A stretch of DNA of 63,821 nucleotides, filler included, from Chiloscyllium plagiosum (Eukaryota), in NCBI RefSeq assembly GCF_004010195.1. It is 3 parts of one record of this genome, joined end to end, with 100 filler letters (N's around TTAATTAATTAA, not from the genome) between each part and the next. Parts side by side here need not be neighbours in the genome. Positions count along the whole stretch, not along the records: positions 27,212 to 55,710 come from NC_057710.1; positions 55,811 to 63,821 come from NC_057710.1; 1 more part is not named here. One strand, 5' to 3'. A model generated the notes under the pieces. The model was not told the DNA's origin. It saw only the letters and a list, made by a program, of their open reading frames with translations, and made no database searches. This document shows positions 49,901 through 62,419 of the stretch, piece by piece. The translations under genes were made by a program, and so were the position numbers. Each line of letters begins with the position of its first letter. Position 1 is the first letter of the stretch.

Positions 49901-52695
49901 CATGTCCCCAGGGGTAGGATCGGGTAAGCATAAAATCACTCTTTATGCGGACGACATCTTTTTCTTAAATGACCCATTGATATCTGTGCCCCGCATAATT
50001 CAAGTAGTTAACTTATTTGATATGTTCTCAGGTTACAAAATTAACTTTATGAAATCAGAGGCCATGCCGCTAGGAGGTCTTACCAGCATATCCAATTTTC
50101 CGGATGGATCCCGTTTCCCCTTTCGGTGGTCATTGGGAGGTTTTCTCTATTTAGGTATTTTTATTACCCCGGTATTTGGTCAGCTATACAACACTAATTA
50201 TACGCATTTATTAAGAGAAAATAAGGCAGGACCTCCAACACTGGGAAGATCTCCTGATATCTTGGCTAGGAAGAATAGCTTTGGTGAAGGTGAATATTCT
50301 ACCTCACCTATTATACCCCACGAGAATGCTTCTTTTGATGTTGCCGAGACAGGCACTGCATAAGCTTTATGGTTGGCTTGGCTCCTTTCTTTCGAATCAT
50401 AGACAGCCCCTTATTAAATTCGGTAAGTTGCAGCTCCCACAAATAGGGGAGGTCTAGATTTTCCAGATTTCAGGAAACACCAACTGAGTTCTCTGTTATC
50501 ATATGTGGCTGATTGGGTTTCTTGTGACCCACAATCAATTTGGTTAGATATTGAGGCTTCCCAAGCAAAATGTCCCCTCATCAATCTATTATTTATGGAT
50601 AAGATGAGAGTTATTACAGATCATTGTAAAAACCTAATTGTATTAAATACAATCAAAGCTTGGAGGATGATGCAACAGGACGAGTGTAATTCACAAAAAA
50701 CCTCCCCTTCTACTCTTATAGTGGGAACATTGGGATTTCAGCCAGGCTTGACTGATGTTGGATTTAGAATATGGGAGTCCAAAGGCATCTCCTGTTTGGG
50801 AGATCTGTTCGATGGGAAGGTCATGATGTCCTTCGAACAGTGGCGTCAGAGGTTCGGGTTGCCTAACAAGGACCTTATTCGATATTTTCAAGTACGAGAT
50901 TTCATACAAAAAAAGACCACATTGATGACTAATCCATACAAATCAAGTACATAAAGGAGAGTGCTTTGGCCGATGGGTAACCCCTCGGTCAGTACTCTCT
51001 ACCACTCAATAGGTAATAAGATATCGAAGGACATGGAATGGTTATATAAAACCTGGAATTAAGAATTAGGGATGGAAATCTCCTTAGAGATGTGGGAGGA
51101 TATCTGGGAAAATGCTAGGAAGATCTCTATCTGTAATAGAACTCAGGCTATTCAATTGAAGATACCTCATTGGGCTCATATGGCACCAGAGCAGCTTGCA
51201 AAGTTCAAGGCAGGAGCATCCCCAATGTGCCCTAAGTGCAAAATAGAAGTTGGTACTCTCACTCATTGTCTGTGGACATCCCATAAGATTCATAGATGTA
51301 TGCCCCCTGGGACAGTGTAGCAAATGCCTTGGCAAAGATTTTGGGAACGGAGATTGGGTTGGATGCAGTGTCTCTCCTTTTGGGCTTTTGCAAAATTTCC
51401 TTCTCTAGATGCATACGGGAGGAAACTATTTACTATCCTTTCCTTTTTTGCGAGGAAAAATATTTTAGTAAGTTGGGTATCAGAAAGTCCCCTGGGAGTT
51501 TTGAATTGGCTTACGAAGGTTATAGCCATAGAGATGTAAAGCACGGAAACAAACCCTTCGGTCCAACCCGTCCATGCCAACCAGCTATCCCAACTCAATC
51601 TAGTCCCACCTGCCAGTGCCTGGTCCATGTCCTTCCAGCAATTGTACTAGCCTCCACCACTTCCTCTGGCAGCTCATTCCTTACAGGTACCACCCTCTGA
51701 GTAAAAGGTTTCCTCTTAGGTCTCTTTTATATCTTTCCCCTCTCACCCTAAACCTATGCCCTCTAGTTCTGGACTCTCTGACCCCAGGGAAAAACTTGGT
51801 CGATTTATCCTAACCATTCTGCTTATGATTTTATAAACCTCTCTAAGGTCACCCCTCAGCCTCCGACGCCCCAGGGAAAACAGGCTTAGCCTATTCAAAC
51901 TCTCTCTATAGCTCAAATTCTCCAACCCTGGCAACATCCTTGTAAGTTTTTTTCTGAATCCTTTCACAACATCTCTGATAGGAGGGAGACCAGAATTGCA
52001 TGCAATAGTCCAACAGCGGCCTAACCAATGTCGTGTACAGCCGCAACATGACCTCCCAACTCCTGTACTCAATACAGGTTCAGTTCCCGCCTCGGGTGAC
52101 TGTCTGTGTGGAGTTTGCACATTCTCCTGTGCCTGCGTGGGTTTCCTTCTGGTGTTCCGGTTTCCTCCCACTGGGTGGGTCAGTGTGGACTTGTTGGGCT
52201 GAAATGCCTGTTTCCATACTGTAGGAAATCTAACCTAATAAAGTTATAGAATATATTCCCCGGACTTCTTTATGAATATGGTGCACCAAAAAACGGAATT
52301 ATTTTACAGAACATGGCAGCCCTTTTGGAACTACACCGATGCAGATGTATCGGCCATCCTGCTTAGCCATGAGGATGATGTTTGTTGGTTCGGGGGCCCC
52401 TGGGAGGAAGAATCCCGTTGTGACTTGATATAATTTTATTTTGAATGTGTATTTATTATTTACTGTGTTTTTCTTTTTTTTGTTGTCAGTAATGTACGAC
52501 TCTATAGAGTTTTCTTTCTTATATCTTGTCTTGTGTTTCTGTAGTTTGTCGAGTAGATTAGTAGTTAGTTTTCTTAATTTTATATTGCTGCTGTTATTAT
52601 ACTGTAAAGTGGATACACTATTTTGTATTAATTTTGTAATTTTGTAAAACAATCTCAAAAATCTTTTTCTTTTCAATAGAAATATTGAGAAGAAA
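46918..52695 (+). mobile_element. L1-clade LINE, both ends present, ORF1 mostly deleted, ORF2 degenerate
   Basis: 5' GGGGTATTCAAGATGGCG; ORF1 C-terminus at about 47015-47310; ORF2 from 47883 (TWNVKG, LLQETH, GGDFN, SKAPGPD, YRPISLLN, RQGCPLSPLLF, LYADD, CPKC...HCLW); CR1 and SINE pieces nested at about 51525-52240. Confidence 0.9.
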
Positions 52696-52763
52696 AAGTG
52701 TGTTCAAGAAAACTTTCTGATTCAGTATGTGGATGTACCTACGAAAGAAGGTGCAAAACTTGA

Positions 52764-52988
52764 AACCAAAAGAGAAAATGCTGGAAAATCTCAGCAGGTC
52801 TGGCAGCATCTGTAAGGAGAGAAAAGAGCTGACTTTTTGAGTCTAACTGACCCTTTGTCAAAGCTAAAAAAAGAGAGAAATAGGGAGGTATTTATACGAG
52901 GCTGAGAGAAGGTGAGTCATGGCTCCAGAAGCAAAGGTAGCAATAAAGAGGTGATAATGACAGTGCATAGAGAGATTATAGGGAGATT
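52764..52988 (-). mobile_element. Family C PLE-type terminal repeat, runs into a gap
   Basis: Reverse complement of 38610-38740; motif 52828-52864 with GAAA>AAAA. Confidence 0.7.
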
Positions 52989-53681
52989 NNNNNNNNNNNN
53001 NNNNNNNNNNNNNNNNNNNNNNNNNNNNNNNNNNNNNNNNNNNNNNNNNNNNNNNNNNNNNNNNNNNNNNNNNNNNNNNNNNNNNNNNNNNNNNNNNNNN
53101 NNNNNNNNNNNNNNNNNNNNNNNNNNNNNNNNNNNNNNNNNNNNNNNNNNNNNNNNNNNNNNNNNNNNNNNNNNNNNNNNNNNNNNNNNNNNNNNNNNNN
53201 NNNNNNNNNNNNNNNNNNNNNNNNNNNNNNNNNNNNNNNNNNNNNNNNNNNNNNNNNNNNNNNNNNNNNNNNNNNNNNNNNNNNNNNNNNNNNNNNNNNN
53301 NNNNNNNNNNNNNNNNNNNNNNNNNNNNNNNNNNNNNNNNNNNNNNNNNNNNNNNNNNNNNNNNNNNNNNNNNNNNNNNNNNNNNNNNNNNNNNNNNNNN
53401 NNNNNNNNNNNNNNNNNNNNNNNNNNNNNNNNNNNNNNNNNNNNNNNNNNNNNNNNNNNNNNNNNNNNNNNNNNNNNNNNNNNNNNNNNNNNNNNNNNNN
53501 NNNNNNNNNNNNNNNNNNNNNNNNNNNNNNNNNNNNNNNNNNNNNNNNNNNNNNNNNNNNNNNNNNNNNNNNNNNNNNNNNNNNNNNNNNNNNNNNNNNN
53601 NNNNNNNNNNNNNNNNNNNNNNNNNNNNNNNNNNNNNNNNNNNNNNNNNNNNNNNNNNNNNNNNNNNNNNNNNNNNNNNNN

Positions 53682-53970
53682 GGGGGGCAGGGGCGTTTGA
53701 TGGGGAGGTGTTGGATAGGGATGCGGGTGGAGCTGCAGGAAGTGTTGGATGGGGATGGGGGGGCAGGCTGGGAGGCAGTATTGGACGGGGATGCGGCGGG
53801 GGAGTGCAGGGGTTCAGGCGTGGTGTGCTGCTGCCTCATCTCCTGAACGGGGAGCGATCTTAAATAACTCCGATCTCCAGAGGAAAGGCATTTAATTGAT
53901 TAACCGAATAATCGATTATCCGAATAAAATAGTGCCGACCCATCTTGTTCGGATAATCGAGGTTCCGCTG
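53682..53970. mobile_element. Tigger/pogo-like DNA transposon end
   Basis: Terminal TTCGGATAATCGAGGTTCCGCTG-TA with internal CGATTATCCGAA subrepeat. Confidence 0.5.
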
Positions 53971-54424
53971 TAAAAGAGACCTAAGGGGGAACTAGGGATA
54001 AGCGATAAATGCAGACCTATCCAGTGAAACTCACATGCCATGAATGAATTTTAAAAAAAGTATAGCCTAGCTTTGGGCAATGAAATAGGATCCTGGCATC
54101 ATGAGAAGAATTTCAGAGCCTGACAACATATATGTGGCATCTTTTAATATTTTAAGGCTGAGGCAGATACATTCTTGTCAAGCAAGTTTGGTTTGCTGTC
54201 ATCTTAGTCAAAGGTAGAGCAAGTTTTAATTGGCTGAGTGGCCTACTCCTGCTCCTAGTTCAGATTTTCATATGCTTGTATGTGACAGTATGTGAAATTG
54301 ACAAGATGAAAAATTGCGAAGATCTGTCCTCCTCAGAAAAATATGGGCAATTCCAGTCTGCCTAATTACTGTCTCATTAATCTACTCTTAATTATCAGTA
54401 AAATTATGTAAGGAGTTGTAAACA

Positions 54425-54712
54425 ATGGATGTAGGTTTGCTCAGTGAGCTTGAAGGTTCATTTCTAGACGTTTCGTCACCCTACTAGGTAACATCTTCAG
54501 TGGGCCTCAGGCAAAGCACTGCTGAAACTTCCTGCTTTCTATTTATATGTTTGGGTTTCTTTGGGTTGGTGATGTCATTTCCTGTGGTGAAATCACTTTC
54601 CTGTTCCTTTTCTCAGGGGGTGGTAGATGGGGTCTAACTCGTCGTGTTTGATAGAGTTCCGGTTGGAATGCCATCCTTCTAGGAATTCTTGTGCGTGTCT
54701 TTGTTTGGCTTG
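54425..54712 (-). mobile_element. PLE 3' end (family D), endonuclease C-terminus plus hammerhead
   Basis: Minus translation RHAQEFLEGWHSNRNSIKHDELDPIYHPL. Confidence 0.7.
54464..54503 (-). ncRNA. Hammerhead ribozyme motif (family D)
   Basis: CCA-CTGAAGA-T-GTTACC-TAGTAG-GGTGAC-GAAA-CGTC-TAG; 6-bp stem II. Confidence 0.75.
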
Positions 54713-55356
54713 TCATAGAGTCATAGAGATGTACAGCACAGAAACAGACCCTTTGGTCCAACCTGTCCATGCCAACCAGATATCCGACCCAATCTAGTCC
54801 CACCTGCCAGCACCCAGCCCATATCCCTCCAAACCCTTCCTCTTCGTATACACATCCAAATGCCTCTTAAATGTTGCAATTGTACCAGCCTCCACCACCT
54901 CCTCTGGCAGCTCATTCCATACACGTACCACCCTCTGCGAGAAAAGGTTGCCCCATAGGTCTCTTTTATATCTTTCCCTCTCACCTTAAACTTATGCCCT
55001 CTACTTCTGAACTCCCCGACTTCAGGGAAAAGATTTTGCCTATTTACCCTATCCATACCCATCATAATTTTGTAAATCCCTATAAGGTCACCCCTCAGCC
55101 TCTGACGCTCCAGGGAAAACAGCCCCAGTCTGTTCATCCTCTCCCTGTAGCTCAAATCCTCCAACCCTGGCAACATCCTTGTAAATCTTTTCTGAACCCT
55201 TTCAAGTTTCACAACATCTTTCCGATAGGAAGGAGACCAGAATTGCCCCAGTACTCAATACTTTGACCAATAAAGGAAAGCATACCTTCTTCACTATCCT
55301 ATCTACCTGCACTCCAAGGTCTCTTTGTTCAGCAACACTCCCGAGGACCTTACCAT
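54713..55356 (-). mobile_element. CR1 LINE 3' end
   Basis: KLERVQKRFTRMLPGLEDLSYRERMNRLGLFSLE; (CTCTATGA)n tail. Confidence 0.9.
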
Positions 55357-55710
55357 TGTGAGAAACAAAGCTCACTCACTTCAATAATTTCAGTCCGAGA
55401 CAAGATCTGAAGCAATCAGTATGTTTATTATACGCTTGCAAGCGTGGTGTCTGGAATAGGGCACACAGAGTTTAGCAAGTACATATCTTATATAGGATTC
55501 ACTACTCCCAACCCGGTACCCATTACTATTGTTTATCTCTTGCCTGACCCAGCCTTGTGCATAACAAAGTACAAGTTTTACTCAGCCATTTCACCACATC
55601 CTGCTGTGGTCCATTGTTAGGTATATCCTTCTTCACTATTATCTACTTCCCCCACCTGTGACATTTCCTCCCTTTCCCCAACCATATTGATCCTTATGAC
55701 CTTTTAATTG
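55357..55710 (-). mobile_element. LTR 3' part (U3/R/U5), truncated by gap
   Basis: Minus strand CCTATATAAG (55487-55496), AATAAA (55424-55429), terminal CA at 55357 interrupting CR1. Confidence 0.65.
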
Positions 55711-55810
55711 NNNNNNNNNNNNNNNNNNNNNNNNNNNNNNNNNNNNNNNNNNNNTTAATTAATTAANNNNNNNNNNNNNNNNNNNNNNNNNNNNNNNNNN
55801 NNNNNNNNNN
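55711..55810. other. Assembly join: N44-TTAATTAATTAA-N44 artificial spacer
   Basis: Same structure as 27112-27211. Confidence 0.95.
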
Positions 55811-58099
55811 CTCCTGGCTATCCTGTATCCCTCCAATGCTCTGTCTGAATCTTGTTTCCTCAGCCTTATGTAAGCCTCCTTCTTCCTCTTTACTAGACAT
55901 TCAACCTCCCTCGTCAACCAAGGTTCCCTCACACGACCACCTCTTTCCTGCCTGACAGGTACATACATATCAAGGACACGTCGTATCTGTTCCTTGAAAA
56001 AGTTCCACGTTTCAATGACATCCTTCCCTGACAGCCTATGCTCCCAACTTATGCTCCTCAGATCATATATTCTTAGTAGAAAACAATTAAGATATCTGCT
56101 ACTGCTGCAGATACTGCTGCTTTTGTTCTCCTTTTTGATTTTGTTTTGATTGTAAAATAGTTAGTTTTCTATATCCAATGTCTAAAAAGTGTATGATGAA
56201 ATATATGCATCTGTCAACATGTCCTGTGTAAATTGATTGGCATATATTGCAGATCACAAGATTGTGCAGGTTTTAGATGAGGGCCATTTGGCCCATTGTG
56301 TCTACATCACATCTCACTTAACATCATTCCCCTGATTTTTTTCCCCTTGATCATACATATTCTTTCTTTTTATCTGATTTCCTTTTGAATGCTTAGATTG
56401 ATCCTATCTCCATCACACTGTCTGGCAATGAACTCTAGATCATAAAGTCATAAATTATTTTTCTTATGGTCATTCCTGTTTCCTTAACTAATTACTTTAA
56501 ATCTATTTTGTGTCTACGTTCATATTCAAGGCACTATTTAGCAATGTATTTCAGAACAATTTCCAACAATTTCTAAGCAAATCAAGAAAATAATTCAGAC
56601 GGCGATTAGTCAAAGTACAGGATCTGAAAAATGCTGACTACCTGCACTCTGGCTGCTGTTGTTCGATCATTCATAAGCAATGCATTCATATATTCTTAGT
56701 AGAAAACAATTAAGATATCGGCTACTGCTACAGATACTGCTGCTTTTCAAAAGCTGTTTATTGAAATAAATGTTGAAAGGCATGGAGTTCACGGAAACTC
56801 AGTTCTGACTGCCATATTAATCTCTGACTCGAATAGTTTAGTTTGTGTTTATGATTCTATGGCAACACTGTGCTTCTGTCAATCAAATACAATTCCAAAT
56901 TATGCAACCAGTCTCTGCATGCTAAAATTTCATGAAGTGTCATTGTCTCATCTAAATTCTGTGGAATTGTTCTTATTGTTCTCTTTCAACCAATGATTTT
57001 CAAACAACCCACAAAGTGCTTCAATGTATGGTTTTGCATATGTTATCAGGTTGTGAAATGGCCACTCTGCTGTGTGCATCTGCATGTATACATTATATGT
57101 AAATGTACGTATATGTAGTCACATACAATTTTTATCTATGTACACCATCGAGGAAAAAAGATCATGTGCAGGTTTTTGTGATCATTTTTGGTGCTCGCAT
57201 CAGCTAACTGCTCAAATGGTTGTTTTTATTCAGATATCTTTGAGTGACAGATTAAAATACAAAAAGGACAGGCTAGCACAGGAATTAGACATTGGCCTTT
57301 CACCTTTGGGTCATATGTTAAAATCAGTTCAGACTAATGAAAGAAAGGTCCCCGTCTGCTTGTAGATGTTGTATTTCAAATTAGTTTAGTTATTTTCAGT
57401 TCAATTCATGACAGACATGAGCCCACAGCATGATGCTGCCTTCAATTCCATGGTAATTAGTGATCTTATTCAGGGGCACACAAAATGCTGATATGTGAAA
57501 TGGAATCACATAATTCAGAGATGCAAAATTGTTTGAGATTGGATATAAAGTGTGTTATCTGGTCAAAACAGAACTAGCTATTCCAACCTGTAAGTGTGAA
57601 ATTCACAAATATTGTTTTCTGTCTATAACTGTTCAGTTCAATACCTGTGCCGTTATACAACTTGAAAATAGGAGCTAATTTTTTAAAAAATGAATTGACA
57701 CATGGTGTTTCATAAAAAGGGAAAGTCGCTGTAGTATTACCAGACTAGAGGGCTACTCTATCTTTTGAGAGAGATTACTGGCGGTGTTTTAACCTGAGTG
57801 ACAGCAAACCTCAGGCAAGAGGAGAGTTGAGAAAGAGAGTCCTTCATGGGAACATCAACTTGTGCATTACAAACTAGCCATCCGCCTGAAGAGCAAGCTG
57901 TAATCATTCCTCATGTCCCTCAATAACAAACATGAAGCATCTCCCCTTCACAACCTCTCAATTGCAGCCATTATTAATTAATGTGATCATTTGATTAGTA
58001 CAATTTACACCAAGTATTTGTCTTTTGAGCTCATACAGAAGTGAAAGGATATAGTGCTAAGCCACCACCGACCCGCCACTATTTAAAGTTGAAGTATAA

Positions 58100-60550
58100 G
58101 CAGATATTTATCACAGACATCACTCCAGCGTTGAGTGATCATACTATGCTAGAATTTCAAATTCAATTGGATAGTGAAAAATTGCAGTCCCACATTAGCA
58201 TCTGAAGTTAAACAAAAGTAATTGTGCAGGCTTGAGGACATATTTATCTCAAGCAGACCTATCAGGAAGACTAAAAGATGGGGTTAATGAGCAGTGCTAG
58301 ATTCTTAAGGGGATGCTCAACTACTTCCAACTAAAAAAAAATCCAGGAAGGGAGAAAGATTGTAAGAGGGGGATAAAATTATCTATGGCTAAGCAAGAAG
58401 GTTAAAGATACCATAAAGATAAAAACTAAGGCATACCATATTGCATGCGTAAGTGGCAGGCTGGATAATTGGGAAACTATTAAAAATCAACAAAGGGTTA
58501 TGAAAACTGTAATAGAAAGAGCAAAGGTAAATTATGAAAGAAAATGAGCACAAATTATAAAAACAGATAGCAAAACCTTCTATAAAAGGGAGAAGAGTAG
58601 CTAAAATGGATGTTTGGTCCATGAAGGATGAACCAGGAGAGTTAATCATGGGGAAATACAAAAATGGAAGAGCCACTAAATCAATGTTTTGCTTCAGTTT
58701 TCACAGCGCTATCTCAATTGTAACAGATGATGCAGAGGCTATATATAGAGAAAACTTAGGATAATTAAAATCACTAGGACAAAAGTACTGACAAAGTTAT
58801 TAGGTTTGAAAGCAAACAAGTCGGCAAGGGCCTGATGGCCAACATTCTAGGTCTTACAGGAAGTGGCAGCAGTAATAATGGCTCAATTGCCATAATATTC
58901 CAAAATTCCCTGGATACGGGGACAGTTCCAGTAGATTAGGAAAATGCTTATATAATGCCCTTTCTTCAAAAGGGAAAGTAGGAAACTGGAGATCAGTTAA
59001 TTTAACATCTTCTTGAGAAATTGTTAGAGTCCAGCAAAGGATAAGTAATAATAGGATATTTGGAAACTCAAAATCCATTGAGAATCTTGTAGGTGTAGTA
59101 AATCTGGACTTGAAGAAGGCAATTGATAAGATGTTGCATGAAAGATTAATACACAAGTAAAATCACATGGGGCTGGAGGTAATTTATTATGGAGGATTGG
59201 CTAAACAACAGAACAGATACAGAATAAACGGGGCATTTTTTGATTGGCAAAAGTAACTAATTGGGTGTCACAGGGTTCTGTCCTCGGGCCTCAACTATCT
59301 ATTTAGGGTGGCACGGTGGCTCAGTGGTTAGCACTGCTACCTCACAGCACCAGGGACCCGGATTCAATTCCTGCCTCGGGTGAATGTCACTGTAGAGTTT
59401 GCACCTTCTTCCTGTGTCTGCGTGGGTTTCCTCCCACAATCCAAAGATGTGCGGGTCAGGTGAATTGACTGTGCTAAATTGTCCATAGTGTTAGGTGAAT
59501 TAGTCAGGGGTAAATATAGGGTAGAGGAATGGGTCTGGGTGGGTTACTCTTTGGAGGGTCGGTGTGGACTTGTTGGGCCAAATGGCCTGTATCCATACTG
59601 TAGGGAACCTAATCTGCAATCTATATTAATGACTTGGATGCAGGAATAGAAAGCAATCTAGCTAAAATTGTAGTGTCTACAATAGGTGAGAAAGTCAGTT
59701 GCAATGAATAAATAAGAAATTTAGAAATGGATACAGGTAGTATGGTGAATGGGCACATGAGGTTTTCCGTGGGTAAGTATGAGTTTATCCATTTTCATTC
59801 GAGGAAGAAAAAGGCAACTTATTATCTAAATGGAGAGAAACTTCAGAGTGTTTTGGTGCAGAGCAATCTGAATGTCCTAGTAGAGCAGGTTATAAGGAAG
59901 TCAATTGGAATTTTAGCACTTATTGCTTAAGGAATAGAGCATAAAAGTAGGAAAGTGTTGCTGCAAATATAAAAGGCAGTGGTGACACTGTATCTGGAAT
60001 ATTATGTACTATTTTGACCACCTTATTTGAGGTGGGATGTAGTGCCATGGAGGCAGTTCAGAGGAGATTCACTCAATTTATTTCACAGATTAGGGATTTG
60101 TCTTATGAAGTGAGATGAGCACTTTAGGCCTGTATTCTCTGACGTTAAGAAGAATGAGAAGAGAGCTAAGTGAAGTGTATGGATACTAAAATGGATTAGC
60201 AAAGTAGGTGTAGAGAGAATGTTTCCAAATGTGGAGTAATCTAGAACATGAGGTCAAAGTTTTAGGCTAAAGGATAGCAGATTTACAGCAGAATTGAGGA
60301 CAAATTATTTCTCTCAAAGGGTCGTGAGTTTGAGGAATTCAGTATCCCTGGGTGGGGTGGATGCCAAGACATTGAGTAAATTTTAGAAGGAAATAGACAG
60401 ATTTTTAATTAGTAATGGGTTGAAGGGTTATGGAGCATGGGCAGGAAAATGGAGTTGAGATCAAGATAAGATCAGCCATGATCATATTAAAAGTGGAGCA
60501 GGGTCAAGGGGCTGAATTGCTTACACCTGCTCCTAATGCCTCTGTTCCAT
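58100..60550 (+). mobile_element. Old CR1 LINE ORF2 with HE1-like SINE at 59306-59615
   Basis: GTGTCACAGGGTTCTGTCCTCGGGCC (VSQGSVLGP), YYLNGEKL; SINE A-box TGGCTCAGTGG. Confidence 0.75.
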
Positions 60551-62084
60551 GTTCATTGCTAGATTCAGTGCAGCATCTATGACATGACTGTTCTTTTATA
60601 TCATTACAAAAACATTGTTCATCAACTCACTTAAAGTTTACTGATCATCATAGCAGGAGGATTTTGTAACTTTGAAGATTGCAGAAAAATATGATTTTTA
60701 AAACTTGATAGATTGTAAAGAGGTTTAAATAGTTCCAGTTCGAGCTGGAAATATAACGAAAGTTGTTGCAAACACAGACTGCTAGAATTACCGAGGTTTG
60801 CAATGCCTTGCCAAATATTAAATTTCTACTTATTTGTTAACTTGAAAATAAAAAAACTTAACTTTTCAAGTTTTGGAATGATGTTCTTGTCACAATCGAT
60901 ACTTAGGAAATGTTAGCAAATTTAAACATTGGTTGTGTGTTGTGTTTTACTTTTGCCCGGAAACTATGCAAAATTAAGAGGAAGTGTAAGTTTTTACCTT
61001 GACTGCAAAGGTAAAAACTTACATGCAATTCCACACTTTAGGGATTCTATGATTCTATGAATCTACAGAACATATAGGATAGAATAAAGACTTTTCTGGA
61101 AGATTGCAATGAGTATGCACAGTAAGCCTATACTGTACCTGCTTTATCTAAAAATCCCCCCCCAACCCCAAATTTACATGGAAAACCAAACTTTTTATAA
61201 ATTTGATTTGATTTATTATTGTCACATGCACTGAGATACAGTGAAAAGGATTGCTTTTCATGCTCACCAGACGAATCATACCTTACATAAATACATCAGG
61301 GTAACAGAACAGAATGCAGAATATAGTGTTACAGCCATAAAGAAAGACCAACTTTAATATATGAGAGGTTAACTTGGTTTTAAATACTTAGGAAGCCAGT
61401 CAAGTACAAACTGGCCTTGTTTTAGATTTTCAGCTCCTCTTAAACCAAAGTGGGACAATGCTAATGCAATAGTAGTATTCCCAACTCTGAGCCAGAAGAC
61501 CAGGGTGCAAGTCCTACCTGCTCCAGAGGTTTGCACTAACATCTCTGAATAGGTTGGTGAGCAAAATATCTAACCCGACAAATATACCCCAATCTGAGCT
61601 GTCCAATAGGTTGTAACCAACTTTCATAAATTCACCAATCTATGTCAAATGCAAGTTTGTTATCAGATGTAAACTTACTATGAAACTGCCCTTCTCAGTG
61701 GAAGAAAATAGTTTTGAATGAGCTGGCTGGAAACCTTTCTTTTAAAGACTAATGCTACATTCCAGTGACTTGAGCTTGCTGCAAATTTGTATCACATTTG
61801 TATCACAATACCTTTTAGATTCCAAAGAATTGAAATGAGGATGAGCTGTCTGAAAAGCTAAAGCAGGAAAAATGGCCTTCAAAGAAGATGAATGGGGTGT
61901 GGACATCTCCCATCCACTCGTACAGAATTGAGGACAACACAACCCTTTCTGTTCAAGTATCTCCTGTTTTTCTGCAGATTTGGTGAAGCAACAAAGGTGC
62001 TGAAGGACCAAAGCCCAAGTGGGTTCTTTCTCTGTCTCTTTCTTTCAGCATCTAACTCAAAAGTGTGTGAACTTTACCTGCTGA

Positions 62085-62365
62085 TCTTATCGAACCTTCC
62101 TTCTAGCCACCAACCGGATTCATTCCTCCCATCGACCAACCAGGTCGTACCCTCTACCTGCATTCACCTATCCCCATCTCACCACCCCATCTCCCAACGC
62201 CCTTTATCTGCAGCTCCCCTTACATCCACCCCCAGTCCTGAAGGAGAGTTATACTAAAACATTGACTTCTCCACCTCCTGATGCTGCCTGGCTTGCTGTT
62301 TTATTCCAGTCTCCTGCTTGTCTACCTTGGATTCCAGCTTCTGTCATTTTTTTCTTGTTTCTAAC
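62085..62365 (+). mobile_element. PLE-type terminal repeat with decayed hammerhead (62235-62266)
   Basis: GTC-CTGAAGG-AGAGTTATACT-AAAA-CATT-GAC followed by the family GATGCTGCCTG motif. Confidence 0.55.
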
Positions 62366-62419
62366 CGATTTTATCTACTCAGCAGCCACAGATAGAGGCC
62401 TTATGTTGTTGTTGGCAGC

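Noticed and set aside
57072..57365. 97-aa ORF as the next KIF24 exon
   Set aside because: No resemblance to the kinesin motor sequence expected next.
59306..59380. tRNA gene
   Set aside because: A/B boxes run into a SINE body and tail present in several copies.
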